This document shows positions 42,001 through 54,600 of a DNA stretch of 64,000 bases, piece by piece (within the stretch, counting starts at the first letter, position 1; the number at the start of each line of letters is the position of its first letter). The translations under genes and the position numbers were made by a program. Location of the stretch: the NCBI GenBank assembly GCA_905178155.1, contig CAJINV010000002.1:7861650-7925649 (forward strand), read 5' to 3'. The notes beneath the pieces are model-generated. The model had not been told where the DNA came from. It did no database searches and worked only from the letters and a program-made list of their open reading frames with translations. Source of the DNA: Amoebophrya sp. A120 (Eukaryota; Protista; Dinoflagellata).

Positions 42001-42977
42001 AGACGCTCAGCAACGTGTTGCACGTGACGACATCCGGCACCACGTTGTCCCCCTTCATACGCGACAGGATAGCCTCTGCGCCCGCCTCATCCCCAGCCTT
42101 CACATAGCCGCGCAGCAACGTGGTGTAGGTGACGACATCCCGCGCCACGTTGTCCTCCTTCATCCTCGACAGGACAGCTTCTGCGCCCTCCAGATTGCTA
42201 GCCTTCTCCTCTACATGGCCGCCCGGCAAAATGTTGCAGGAGGAGGTGTTCTATACAATGCAAAGATGATGTCTGGGTCTGGAAGACTCCAGGCGTTCTG
42301 GTCATGTCGCTCTTCCACGCACCAGCCACAAGAGGCCAGCACCGTTGGGAAGAGCATGTCGGGCTGCCTGTAGTTGTTCCGGAAGGTCTTTCTCTTTGTC
42401 TTTCTCTTTTCATCAGTCCCTGAATTGCATGAGAAACATCATCCCCCAGCTTGACTAAAAGTGGGCAGCGCGACGGACTCTTCTGCTGGGAGCCATGCAA
42501 GACAGATTTAGTCTGTATCTGTGACCTACCGAGGGTGGAACAAGTCTGCATCCCTCCAGACCCGGACATTGTAGCTGCGGTTGATATATCTTCATCCACG
42601 TAGCGCTGAATTTCCTTGTTGAAGAACATGGACACAGATTTATGATATCCACCTTTCCCGCCCCCCACGCGCGACGGGGATCCATGACGAGACGCCGGCC
42701 CTTTGCCACTGCCTTTGCCGCCGCTGCCTCGTCCTCTTCCCTTCATCGAACCAGTTCCCTTATTCCCCTTGCCGCCATGGCTGCTGGTTCCGAGCTGCAA
42801 ACCAGATTGAAACTTCACAGCCACCACTGTTTGGAAAAAGTAGGTAGTGCTCGGAGTAGTCTGAAAACGTTCCCCACTCAGCAACGCTCCCAAGAAATCT
42901 CCTTGCATGTTGAAAAACAGGCCACCGGCGTAGGTCGTTGCAAGGACGCGACGAACAGAGGGGAGCATTTTCATTTT
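39011..42977 (-). CDS. Pentatricopeptide repeat (P-class PPR) protein, about 14 canonical plus several degenerate motifs; interrupted by 2 introners
   Basis: 35-aa repeats PDVVTYNTLL..Y.K.G....A..I...M in ORF 40385-42229. Flanking ORFs join in frame after removing elements 42252-42586 and 40132-40423 (+5 nt each). Start and 3' end uncertain. Confidence 0.88.
40132..40423. mobile_element. Introner/MITE family A (292 bp), TSD CTCAA/CTCCA
   Basis: tatcgcatgcaaatgtgtctgggtcgggaa ... ttccagacccagacacatttggatttgata. Confidence 0.85.
42252..42586. mobile_element. Diverged family A introner (about 335 bp), TSD degenerate
   Basis: tatacaatgcaaagatgatgtctgggtctggaa ... tccagacccggacattgtagctgcggttgata. 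Removing 340 nt gives YVDEDTSSCNILPGGHV in frame with the PPR ORF. Confidence 0.72.
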
Positions 42978-44281
42978 TATCGAGACCGTCTGTAACTGAA
43001 GCACTCTAATGAAGTAGAAAGATAAAGATAAACCAATATTTTAAATTACTCGGATAAAGTCAGAAGCAACCTTTCTGTTCAAAGCGAAAATCAAGAGGAG
43101 AAGAGAATTTTTAAGAGACAAATGAAAGAGTAAGAGACCGCGTCTTGCAGCCAAATAATAAATATCCTAGGCCTTGACGATTCTAGCAGAAGACAGTAGG
43201 GGTTGTGGTTTTATTTGGAAAATCAGGGTATATCAGCGCTCACTATGTATAGTTAAATGTAGATGTTTTCAGTACCGGAGAATCAAACCCAGAAACAATG
43301 AAAGCTCCTGCGCCGAAAGCTTGTTTCTTGGTTTTTTCCAAAATGTCAAATTGTATTTCCGCTGCCCATTAGCATCAACAGGAGGGAAGTGATGTCATGA
43401 TCTCAAATTTTTCAGCTGCGCCAGCACGCGTACTTAGTCAACAATCTTCGCGATTCGTGACATCTGGCCGCACAACCGACAGTTCTCTACTACTCCCCTC
43501 GAAAATGAGTGATCCATTTCTTTTGTAGTGATCCATTTCCAATTCACTAATTAGTCTCACCACGGTACCGAGTGAAATTTTCCTTGCCTTCAGGTGGTAG
43601 GTTGCAGTAGAGAAGAGCAGTTTGTTTCTTCAGAAGACTTTTCGACTTTGATTTTGCTTTCGAACATTTTTAGCTTTGAACTCGCATTTGATCCGATGTC
43701 GTCAAAGATCCGATCGGATTTGTTTCGGCAAACATTTCACCGACTGGATGAAGCAAACTTACTGGAGAAAGCTGATTTTTGGCCCAGTAATCAACTTCGA
43801 ACTCTGGATCCAAAAAGCTTCAAACAAAAGCAAAACATTATCTATACTAAGAGGAGATCAGAATGTACTTAAGTACCTCTCCATCGATCCAGATTGCATA
43901 CTTACACCTCCCTCTCGATCTTCAAATAACGCCGAAAATCTTCTTCGGAGACGGCGCGACTACACCGAAATGCATGATCTCTACTCTACCTCGGTGTACA
44001 TTCACGGACTGAACGCCAAGGAACTTCATGCTGAGTCTTCACCTTTCAGGCTGTCAAGTACTAAGGTACTCGCTGAACAAAGTCGGCAACTGCGGTTGCG
44101 ACTACGTACTGCATTTTTGTGCTGTTTAGAGCCAAATTCTTGTTTTAGTGTTCCTCGTCGTTGATCGCTACAAGAACGCCAACAAAGCAAACCCGGAACC
44201 GAGTTTCATCGGCACTAGCTCTGGTGTTCAACTGGAGATCAGACGAAAAAATCCCGTTTACTGAATCAAGTACGACGAGCT

Positions 44282-45715
44282 TCAGGTCAGAATCTGAAGC
44301 CTTCCGGCTGGGGTGAACTGCAGATGCTGCGCTTGTAGGTAGTCGCACTGATTCGCCAGCTTCCCACCCGAGAAGGTGTCTGCCAAGCCGCCCCTGCACA
44401 GGGCCAGGATTTGCGCCACAAGATCGACACACGCCTGGTCCGAGGGAACGGGCTCCCGGAGCGGCGTCAGGTACCACCATTGGGTTGCGCGGCGACTACC
44501 GAGCAGGAGCCCGGGCGCTTCGTAGTCCAGACGTACGTACCCCTCGACGTCGGCCAGGCCCCAACTCGCGTGCGCGCATTGGTTTTCGCACTCGTGCAAC
44601 TGGAAGGGCGTTGAGAGACATCGCACCAGAACCTCTGCTACCTGAAGCCGTCCTCCCTCCTGGGACTTCAGCGACGTCCCCGCAACTTCCGAGGACGTAG
44701 ATGTTCCAGAACTATTTCCTTCGTCAACGCTAGTTGCTGTTGTAGCATTCAATCGCTCCGTCGTAGAAGTCACGGGAGCTGGTGCGGACGCTGTCTTTTC
44801 TTCTTCTGCAGTAGAGGTCCCCGCTTCATCGGTCCACAGTGCGAGCTGTCCCAATACAGGGCGTTGCAGAACGGCGAAGAGATCGGAGATGCCCCGGTGC
44901 ACCGATTGCAGATCTGGCTCCCATTGGAGCAACAGTCCGGACCCGTAGTGCATGCATCCGTAGGCCCGGGCTACGAAGAGACTTTCGGACAGACAGCAAA
45001 AGTGATCGTTTCTGGCGCCCTGTACTCGGAAGAGCTGGTCATGGTAGTTCAACCGGTACCGCACGTCACAATCATCAGGAACGTAGACGCGCCCACAACA
45101 GTGGTACAGTAAATCACGGAAGCGAAATCCCTCGTCGGTTTGCAACTCCAAGACCGCATCGTGCTGCGCCTTGGCCGCGACGCTGGAAGTCCAGAGAACC
45201 TGATCTGGATACGGATACCGCGCACGGGTGCATAACGGGGAGCTGGACGGAAAAGCAACCGTATTGCCTTCCTTTGCCGACGAGTCCTCGGCGTCGGACC
45301 CCGTGGTCCACCAGGCAGCCAGACAAGGCGACCGCTGCGACCAATCGAGCCAGGAAGTTTGCGACGTGCAGCCGTACCTGGCCGCCACGAGGGTCCAACT
45401 CGACAGCAAGGCCGCGCCCTCCCTCGACGTGGCCACCTCGCAGCAGTGGTGCTGCGTATTGGCTCGCGCGAGGTGCTTGTCGTGCACCCGGAACAGGTAG
45501 CGCACGTCGCAGTCGAGCGGCACCGCGCCCACCGCCTGACAGCACCGCTCCGCGCTGCCGGCTTCGCCGTAGGCGTGCAGCCCGGGGCAGGTTGCCGCAG
45601 TCAACTCCGCTCCGCTCTTGAACCACTGCAAGTGACAATTTACCGACTGATCAGGAACAGCGGAGCAAGTCAAGACCTGGGCAAGAACAGCGAGGAGGAG
45701 GGTCAGAGAGGACAT
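44282..45715 (-). CDS. Secreted Cys-rich protein with an internally duplicated domain
   Basis: Signal-like MSSLTLLLAVLAQVLTCSA; CC-x(6-7)-DCDVRY...HD...HxCC...YGC occurs twice. Confidence 0.65.
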   Translation of the reverse strand: MSSLTLLLAVLAQVLTCSAVPDQSVNCHLQWFKSGAELTAATCPGLHAYGEAGSAERCCQAVGAVPLDCDVRYLFRVHDKHLARANTQHHCCEVATSREGAALLSSWTLVAARYGCTSQTSWLDWSQRSPCLAAWWTTGSDAEDSSAKEGNTVAFPSSSPLCTRARYPYPDQVLWTSSVAAKAQHDAVLELQTDEGFRFRDLLYHCCGRVYVPDDCDVRYRLNYHDQLFRVQGARNDHFCCLSESLFVARAYGCMHYGSGLLLQWEPDLQSVHRGISDLFAVLQRPVLGQLALWTDEAGTSTAEEEKTASAPAPVTSTTERLNATTATSVDEGNSSGTSTSSEVAGTSLKSQEGGRLQVAEVLVRCLSTPFQLHECENQCAHASWGLADVEGYVRLDYEAPGLLLGSRRATQWWYLTPLREPVPSDQACVDLVAQILALCRGGLADTFSGGKLANQCDYLQAQHLQFTPAGRLQILT

Positions 45716-46228
45716 GGCTTCGAGTTTCGGCCCGAAGATCCAGCTCGGCTCTCTCATGTTTTCGAAAATCGTGAACGCAAAGGGACGAACTAAACGAAGA
45801 CGACAACGACCTCGAGGCGGGATACACTCACTCATAACTCGTCCATCTTAACACATGCAAAGGCAAACACGTCATTGCTTGAGCAAAGAAAACCGTAATC
45901 TTATCTTGGAAAAGTGCAGGCCTTCCTGCCGCCATGACTGCGCCCCAGGTTGCAGGTTCTCTTTCGGATCTTTCTACAGATGGATCCGTTCTCAATCAGG
46001 AAAACAGTACGGATACGTACGAACACGTGGAAAAGACGTGCGAAAAGGCTTAGGACCGTTGTCTTTGTCCTTTTGATTTCTGAATTTGCGCTATCGTGCT
46101 TGTGTCGCTCGTTTGTCGTAGTTGCGTTACTGAGACTTTCTAGCTCCGGAGCCAAACAAATCTGAACAGGAGTACAACTTATACGGACTCGAACGACGCA
46201 ACAAGTTGAGCATACAGGCTCTACTACT

Positions 46229-48835
46229 TTAGTCATCTACAAAAACCCCCGCGTTCGCACCGGTTAAGTCCGCGATGTTTACTACTCTCTCCTCAATCTG
46301 TTGTTGCGTCGTATGAAGAACCGCTTCCTGCGTAGTACCTTGGGCAGCTGCTTGCCCAGATACGGTCAGGTTCAAATCCTCCCCCTCGTCCCCGACAAAC
46401 ATCTCAATTTCTTCGTCTAAATTCTGGTACTTTTGCAACACGTGCTGCAGCAGCTTTCGTTCCGCCTCGGCGCCCTTGTAGATGAACGCGTTGTCGGGTT
46501 GTTCCACGACCGCGTCCTCGTACAGGGTATCCACGATTTTGTACGCGTAGCCCTGCTCCACCAGGTACTGCTGTCTCTTCGACGCGTAGTACATCTCTTG
46601 CGTGTCCTTCGACACCAGCGAATAGAAGTACGCGTTCACGTCGCTCGCGCTCTTGGTCGCGCTGGTGATCTTCTTCGGCCGCAGAATCCGGCCCAGCCGC
46701 TGCGCCTCCTGCCGTCGCGAGGCGAAGTGCGCGTTGATCTGGATCACCACATTCGCGGACGGCAGGTCGATCGCGTTGTCGCCGACTTTGGACAGAAACA
46801 ACGTCCCCACCGCCGGATCCTCCTTGAACTTCCGCAGAATCACTTCCCGCTCCCGGTTCGGCACCTCCCCGTAGATGTAGTACCGCTTCATCGCCTCGGC
46901 GAAGGTTTTCAAAATCTCCGTGTTGTCGGAGAAAACGAGGATTTTGTCGCCCCGCTTCTCGTGGAACCGAATGAGAAACTCCGCGAGGCACAGTTTGATC
47001 GGGTTGCACGTGAACAACAGCCGCGCGGTCGCGTGCTTGCCGCGTTCGTTGATCTTTTTCAGGTACTCCTCGTAAAACCTCTCCGACATCTGGCACCACA
47101 CCTCCACACACTGCACCTTCGCGAGGTAGCCGAGGTCTTGCAGCTGGTGCCAGTTCGCCTCGTACAGCTTCGGCCCGATCAGCCACTGCAAATCCGTGAT
47201 CAGGTCGTCCTCCCTGACTAATGTCGCGGTGAGCCCGAGCTTGCACCGGGACCGCACCGTCAACGCGACTTGGCGAAACGTCTTCGCCGGCATCACCTGC
47301 ACCTCGTCGCAAATCAACAGCCCCCACTCCACCGCGCGGATCTGGTTCATGATGTAGCGCGTGTCTTGGCCGCGGCGGCCGGAAAACCCGATCATGGAGT
47401 AGGTGGAGATCACGACGCAGGCCTCGAACACGTCCTTGATCGCGGTCTTGTGGTCCGCCGTGAACTGGAAAATGTCGTCCTTCTTGATCGTCGAGAACTG
47501 CAGGAACTGCTGTTGCCACTGGGACACCGCCATCGCGGTCGAGGTCAGAACTAACGTTCGCTTCTTGATCGTCGAGCACGCGGTGATCCCCACGCAGGTC
47601 TTCCCCGCGCCGCAGGGGAGGACAATGATCCCGGACCGCGCGCGCGTGCTCGTGGTGAACATTTTGGACAACGCGATCTCCTGGTACTCGCGGATGTGGG
47701 TCGAGGGCTTCATGGAGATGTCCAAATCCGGCGCTTTCTTGTCCAGCTTGTACTCGTACTCCTCGAGGAGGGGAAAGTTGTTCACGAAAGCCAGCTTTTT
47801 CACCTCTTCCGCGCGATTGCCATCGACGCGAATGTAGTACAGCTCCGTGGGAAAGTCGTCGTCAAAGTCGGACGTGGACAACTCCTCCTCATACTCTTCC
47901 ATCAGCAGGTCACTCAGCGCGTTTGAAGAGGACGAGGATCTGTTCATTTGCCACCTCCTGCGCTTGTTCGAGGGGTGGTCATTTGCCGAGTTGTTTGTTC
48001 TAACTGGCAGCGACTCGGTGACGAGGTTCTGTTCCTGCAGAATTTCCTGCAACTGCTCCAACGCATCGTAATCGGTTGATTCCAAGTAGTGATGCACCGA
48101 CTCGCCGACGTCCTGGAAAGCGCGAGAAAAAACTGAAGCGCCACCCGCTGATCCAGCTCCTGTAGTTGCAGCTGCACCTGGGCCTAGTTGTGCGGGATGA
48201 AGCAGTGGCTGAAACTGGGATGATGAACCAGATGCAGTTGCTGTGCCTGCAGTACTTCTACCTCCCTGCTGGTCAACAAAATTATTTGTTCCTAGTGCAG
48301 CTCCTGTGTTATTTCTTGCGAAGTTTGCTGCTGAGTTCAACGCCAACTGGCTTTTGTTCCACAGGTACTTCACCTTTCCCAAATTTTGCGCGTACTGCCG
48401 AATCCACTTGAGCAAAACGTCGTCCACCTTGTTCTTCGAGAGTTTGTGCAGACTCTCTTCGATGTCCGATATCGTTAGGCCCGAAGAAACGGCGGAATAC
48501 AGGGAAAATGTGGTGATTTGGTACTCCTGCAGCCCCTCCGGGCGGGCCACCGGCTCGGCGACCGTGATGCAGAAGTCCTCGGCGTGGGCGAAGAACTTGT
48601 GGAAGGTTTCGAGCAGGATGAGTCCGTCCTTGAAAACGGTGAGCGGGCGGGATTCGTAGCCCTTTACCAACTGCATCGGCCCGTCGTCGAAGGTGCAATG
48701 GATGTTCGGGCGCCCGGGCATGGCCTCCAGCGTCGCCTCCAGCCCCGATTCGCCCGTGTCGTTGACATTGTAGTCCTGGTCGCTGAAGGCGTCTTCGGCG
48801 ACCAGGAGTTGGCGGCCCCGCGAGGAAGTGGCCAT
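46229..48835 (-). CDS. XPB: TFIIH DNA helicase/translocase XPB (ERCC3/Ssl2)
   Basis: RSGIIVLPCGAGKT, LLICDEVQ, LGLTATLVREDD, LIGPKLYEANW, SRRQEAQRLGRILRPK, FYSLVSKDTQEMYYASKRQQYL. Confidence 0.97.
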   Translation of the reverse strand: MATSSRGRQLLVAEDAFSDQDYNVNDTGESGLEATLEAMPGRPNIHCTFDDGPMQLVKGYESRPLTVFKDGLILLETFHKFFAHAEDFCITVAEPVARPEGLQEYQITTFSLYSAVSSGLTISDIEESLHKLSKNKVDDVLLKWIRQYAQNLGKVKYLWNKSQLALNSAANFARNNTGAALGTNNFVDQQGGRSTAGTATASGSSSQFQPLLHPAQLGPGAAATTGAGSAGGASVFSRAFQDVGESVHHYLESTDYDALEQLQEILQEQNLVTESLPVRTNNSANDHPSNKRRRWQMNRSSSSSNALSDLLMEEYEEELSTSDFDDDFPTELYYIRVDGNRAEEVKKLAFVNNFPLLEEYEYKLDKKAPDLDISMKPSTHIREYQEIALSKMFTTSTRARSGIIVLPCGAGKTCVGITACSTIKKRTLVLTSTAMAVSQWQQQFLQFSTIKKDDIFQFTADHKTAIKDVFEACVVISTYSMIGFSGRRGQDTRYIMNQIRAVEWGLLICDEVQVMPAKTFRQVALTVRSRCKLGLTATLVREDDLITDLQWLIGPKLYEANWHQLQDLGYLAKVQCVEVWCQMSERFYEEYLKKINERGKHATARLLFTCNPIKLCLAEFLIRFHEKRGDKILVFSDNTEILKTFAEAMKRYYIYGEVPNREREVILRKFKEDPAVGTLFLSKVGDNAIDLPSANVVIQINAHFASRRQEAQRLGRILRPKKITSATKSASDVNAYFYSLVSKDTQEMYYASKRQQYLVEQGYAYKIVDTLYEDAVVEQPDNAFIYKGAEAERKLLQHVLQKYQNLDEEIEMFVGDEGEDLNLTVSGQAAAQGTTQEAVLHTTQQQIEERVVNIADLTGANAGVFVDD

Positions 48836-49578
48836 GCTATAAGAGGTGCCTCGCTGGCTCGATAGTGTTATACTAGAAGGAGATTTTGCAGGATGTACAA
48901 GTAGAGTACCTCCTCGAGGGTTCCTCCACCATCATCGTGGTGATGTCCAGGGGAGGACGGGGGGCTTTGCTTCTGTAGTGATCTTGACTCGCACTTACAA
49001 GAAGCGTGAACAGGGGTAATGGGGGAGTAAGAGTCGACTGAGAAAGTAAGAGGTGTTCTTCGGTGAAGTGAAGGAAAGTAAGGAAAAAAATCTCTGTCTA
49101 AACAAGCCTGCAATGAATCGTAGGGCATGACGGTCGCAACTAGCTTCCAATAAGACAAGATTGTTCTACTTCTAGGACAAGCAAATGAAGGCGTGTTGCT
49201 CATCGTAATAAGCTGCATCTGAGATCTTCAGTCACATCGTTGTTCAACAACGAGCTTCTGAGCTGAGTCGTGATCTGTGATTCGATAGCGCCACCGTCAG
49301 ACGTCCAGATCATTTTCTGACCTCTGTGCATCGTTGTTGGTCGTGAACCAGAATCTTCAGAAAGCGTCATCAGCAACAGCATTATAACAAGTACGGTGAG
49401 TTTCTCTTCTAATGGCGACCGACTCTTTTTGCAGGCACGAAAAGTACACCTCTTGCACCGCGAAAACATGGCGAGAGCTTGCTATCGGTCTTTGGACCAC
49501 AATTGGCACGAAGCTTGGTGACTCCTCGTCGTGCTTGCCGTCAAATACTTTTTTTAGTGGCGCCTCTGCGCGCGCGGC

Positions 49579-51063
49579 TTAATACCACTCCACAGTTGAT
49601 GCGTCATCCCCACTGGCCTCGTCGTTTATTCTTGACAAAAAACTTAACTCACCAATGCCCACAAATTCGCTCTCGAACTCTTCGAACAGCAATAACAGCT
49701 TCCGGGACAGCAGGTCCCAGAAAAAGTACAGCAAGAATAACGTGCAGATGAGCGTGAGCACCATCAGACAGGTGTAGACCTTCGTCTGTTTCCGCAGATA
49801 GCGCTCCGTCTGTTGTATCTCGGTGAAGGCGTTGCTCGTATGGTCCACGGTGGAGGAGATGGTCTCTTCCATCTGGATGATGGACTGCCCCTGCTCCTCC
49901 ACGTGCGTAGAGAGCTCCTTGTAGAGGCTTTGAATCGTCGCCATGTCACGGTGGATGCCGCTGATCTCCTGGTTGCGCTCCGCAATCAGCTCGTGCTCGA
50001 ATTCCTGCTTGGAGTCCCCCTGGATCATCCGCTGCTCCGCGCGGATCTGGGAATTCGCTTCCTTCGACGCGGACTCGAGCTCTTGCAGAAGTAGCTCGTT
50101 GGAGGAAGTGGCATTCAGACCGTTGTATAATTGTCGCCCGTCTACAGTTGTCGTGTCCGTCGGGCTTCTTTTGTTGCCACTAGTACTGGACGAGGCACTA
50201 CTTGTTCCTTTCGCAGTACCTCCACCCTTGGTCGACGTGCTCATCAGTGTCGTGGAAGACGCGGCCGCTCTCGGCGAAAGCACCGCTCCCTTCGAGGAAG
50301 ACGACGGAGCGGTCGAAGACCCGACTGGAAGATTCACAGCGATCGTGTCGTCGGAATCTAGTCTCGGGTAGAGGTTCTCCTCGCGCTCCAGTTTCGCGAC
50401 CTTCTCCATCCCGATGGAAGTCAAGCGTTCGTTCTCCTTGGAAAGTTGCGCCAGCGATGCGGAGAGCTTGCGCTGTTGGCCCTGCATATGTTTGTTCGGT
50501 GTAGTTTCTTTGCACTCAGTTGACTACATAAGCGACAAGAAAACGAAAGCATCAAGGTGCTCACGCTCAAAAATTCTTGTTTCGCACAAAAGTAAGTTTC
50601 CTTTGATTTTATTATTCCTCCCAAGCTACAATTTCAGCCTGTTTATACGTTATACCTTGAACAATTCCTTTTCCGACAGAGACATGGCTGCCGGGTCCCC
50701 GGCCTGCTGAAACTGAGCGAACAGCGCGCTCGCTTCGGCGACCAGCACTTTTGCCGATTCAATTTCCTCCAGAAGTTCCTTCTTTTTGGCCGCGTTGTTG
50801 TCATTCTCTTTCAAGTCCACCACTCTGGTCAGTCGATCGATCTTGCTATTCTGCTTGGACAGGAGTTTGAAAAACCCGGCCAGTTTCGCGGGGATCTGGT
50901 TCTGCGTGGGCTTACTCGAGGAGCTCGTGGTGTTGGAGATACTGTCTTGGGACTCACTGTGCAGCGTGCCGCTCGTCGCGACGGAAGTGGGGCTGGAATC
51001 CGAGTTGTAGGTGTCCATACGGCCGCGATTGCCCGCACTGCCTTGTTTCTGGCGAAAAGACAT
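49579..51063 (-). CDS. Syntaxin-family (Qa) SNARE; probable GT-AG intron 50524-50655
   Basis: SNARE motif ERNQEISGIHRDMATIQSLYKELSTHVEEQGQSI followed by the TM segment YTCLMVLTLICTLFLLYFFW; upstream helical exon 50656-51063. Confidence 0.85.
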
Positions 51064-51695
51064 TCTTTCTGTCTACTTATACAAATGGATTTCCACTTAA
51101 TACTGTTCTTCACGACTGCACTTCTGGTCCTTCTGGCACGCGGCCTGCTTCCGCGTAAAGAAAAACAGCGATGCTGTTTTGAAAACGAGCGCGGGGCCAC
51201 GGACGCGCAATCCAAGTGACGAGGGTTGCAATGCAAAAATGCAGACGAAGATGAAACCAAAATGATAGCCAGACTCTTCAGCTCAGCAGGCAGTCGAAAG
51301 CGAGAATATCGAAAATAACAGGCTGCTTGATTGTCCATCTTTTGAAGAACACTCAGGCTATTCTTGGAGCGGCTGCTTCCAAAGCAGCAGCGTCGTTGAA
51401 GCAACCAGAGCATTGCTACAGAAAGTACGCCATTGATGCCATTGCGTCTAGAAACCTAATCTGTTGCATTTGCTTTGCTTTGCTGTGGAAGCAATGAGCT
51501 TTGCGGCTCCGAACTTGGTTATCATACATCGAAAACATGAGACTTTTACGAATAATGTGACCATACGCTTCGCTGGGAAGAAAAACATCTTACATCATGC
51601 ATGCTCCAAAACGTTGCTCATGTGGTCTCTCTTCAAAAAAGAAGCATTTTTATTTTTCATTTAAAGCCGAGACTTGTTCCAACATCTTCATCTAT

Positions 51696-54600
51696 CTAAT
51701 ACTTGAACTTCTCATCCCATGCGGTTGGACTGACTGCCACTGCGTACCCTGCTCGTCTCCTCGGACTCACCCACATTACCGGCGGCTCGTGCTTCAAAAT
51801 GGGGTCCGAGTGCTGCAACAGTGTCGGTGTATGCGGCAAAACAGGTAATTGAAATTCTTCTTCTGGAGCGTGGCCGCGACACAGGACCACGCTTTTCTTG
51901 TGACTGTCGCCCTCCCCGGGAGATGTTGCAGTTGTTCCGAGAGTTTTTCCATAGCGAATTTGCAGCGGCGAAAAAGGCTGTCGTGATTTCACTAGACTGT
52001 TGCTGGAACAAAGCGGAGACGAAGACTCAGCGATTTGCATGGAGGGTTGACGGTCGAAACTCTGGCCGTGGTCTCTTGGAGAAAAACCGTGGTCGACTGT
52101 GGAAGAAAACTGCTGTGCTCGCCCCGCCGGCGGAGCTCGTCCCATGGGCAGGGTTCTTGTTTTTTCCCCTGTAGTGCGACAAGGTGTCGGTACCTTTCGG
52201 AGATGGTTATTTTCAGACTGGTTTATTTCAAGTGTCCTTGTTGCGACGGAAAATCTCTTCGTTTCCTGCTCCTCTGTTCTAAAATCCATCTTCCTTGAAG
52301 CTGTTGTGGCATTAGCGCCTGGAGGTCCTCGCCGGCCTGCTGTTCTACAACTTTTGTCATCACCGTCCAACTCCGAACTTTTCTTCGCCTGCTCCTTTTG
52401 CGCCTTCCTCCATTTCTGGTAGCCTTCGTAGCTCATGTTCCTCGGTCGCTGCAACGGCTTCATCGTCCGTTGCTGCCTGCTCGCATCTTCTTCCAACTGC
52501 GGTGATGGACTAAAGGTCGTGTTACAACTACACACGTCTTGCACCACCAGCACGTCAGATGGCGCCGACAAGCTGCTGCACTTCCCCGAATTATACTGGA
52601 AGTTATTTCTTCTTGAGTTCGTTGCGCTCACGAATGGCTTCTGCGGCGTGACGACTGGACCTATCGGCGATACCCCTTCGGAGTCAAACAACTTGAACGA
52701 CCGCGCCCCCTGCTGCTGTTGCTGGTGTCCCCGCGCTGCTGTCAAAAACTCGCTGCTCGGACTGTCAATTTCTAAACTGAAGAAATCGCTACCTCCCATT
52801 ACTCCCGTCGTGGCCGCGCTGCCCGGTTTGTTGTTGAAACCACCGCTATCAAGCGGGTCACTTTTTGAGCTGCTTTTCTTTATCCCTGTAGCCCCTCTAA
52901 CACCTTTCCCGCAATAAAAGCTCCGGACTAACAGCAGCACGAACGCCAAGAGCAGCGAGCCAATAACAACGACGCCAATCACGAAACTTTTTTTCGTCAA
53001 GATTTTCGTGGCGTCATCGTCTTCCCCACTTCCATTGCCCTTCCATTGACCAGAACCCGGAAACACCTGCTCCCCGTTTGCAGCGTAGCACTCGGTGACC
53101 ATTTGGTAATACTTCAGCACCTGCTTCCGTCCGAGCTCATCCACGGCGTTGGAGGTCACTTGGAAACACTCGCCCAGGGGCAGCGAACCCAAAGTAGGCG
53201 CGCCGACGCAGTCCGGCCGGCGGTACAGGTCCGCGACCAGACGGGGAGGGCCGAAGGTGTGCGGTGTGACCACACCTGCATCGGTATTCTCTACAACTGG
53301 AGTCGCAGCGTCTGCTGCGCCGGCATTCATCCCACTAGTTAAGACCCTCCGCTCCGTTGCAGACGAAGAAGAACTCGGAACCTCCAGCGCCCGACACGCA
53401 CGCATTCTGGCGTAGATTTTCGCATCCGGCCAGAGACTGGTATAGCCGTAGGAGGACGCCGAGCCCTTCCACTCGATGCACATCCCCGCGTCAGAGAGCA
53501 CTAGGTTGCCGCCACCAATCACGTGGTTACCTGTGGCAACCGGGGAGAGCGGTTGTGTGCACCCTGCGTCGGCAAAATTCAGAATTTTCGCCACACCAAA
53601 ATCATTTTCGTCCTTCGCACAAAACGTTTGCACCTGTGCACCGGAAGACTCTTTCGCAGTGGTCAAGGAGCGCTGTTGTTCACTTTCTGGCGGTTGGTAG
53701 TTCGTCACTGATCTAGTATCCGTTGTTGTCGCCCTAGTTGTCCGCAACAATTTGTCACTCTCAGTGCGGAAGATAAACCTGCGGTCCTTCGCACGAAGAA
53801 ACTCCTCACCCCCACCTCGCAGCAAAGTCCTCCGTGGCTCCGGGTCCCGGCTGCCTAGGAACCAGGGCGGTAGCGTTGCTTCCGCGTAGCACCCGAAGCA
53901 GCCGCTGCCGTCGAGGTAGTGCTTGCAGAACTCCGCCGCAGTGGTGCATTGTCCGGGCGGGTTCGGTACGGCCACAAACCCACTCTTGCACCGCTGCTCC
54001 TCGCCCCAGGTCTCGGACGCGCAGCAGTCGTTGTGACGATCGTCGCACATGCCGGGGTCGTGATCGCTCAAAAAGTAGGTCTGCAGCAACTTCAAGCTTT
54101 CGGGGTAGCACCCGAAGCAACCGATCCCGTTTTCGATGTACTGGCACTCGTCCCAGGAACTCATGCAGAACCCGTTCTCCGGCATCTTCACAATCATGTA
54201 GCCGGGTTCACACGATTGGTACAGATTCCAGCTTTCGTGCGCGCAACAGTCGCCGCCCGTGTTCGCGCACTTCGAACCGTCGTGACCTGACAAACCGATC
54301 AAATCCATCAGAAAGTGTAACACTCACTTGCACTAGAAAAACCATAAGTAGCCAGCACGGCACATGCACAAAAAGGCAAAAAACAAAAACTGAGACTAGA
54401 AAACTCTGTATGAACACGAGCTCTGTTCGGAAATAATATTAATAACTTGATCCACTACATTAAAGTCATCGCTACTTGTTGGTCCTGGGGGGTAGCAGCC
54501 GTAGCACCCCACGCCGCCGTGCAGCGCGCTGCACTCCTCGGCGTTCTTGCTGCTGCACACGCCCTCCATGTTCGGGATGGGGATGTAGCCGTCCGCGCAC

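Noticed and set aside
47290-47320. XPB motif II reads DEVQ instead of DEVH
   Set aside because: As I recall, DEVQ also occurs in apicomplexan XPB, so it is not considered novel.
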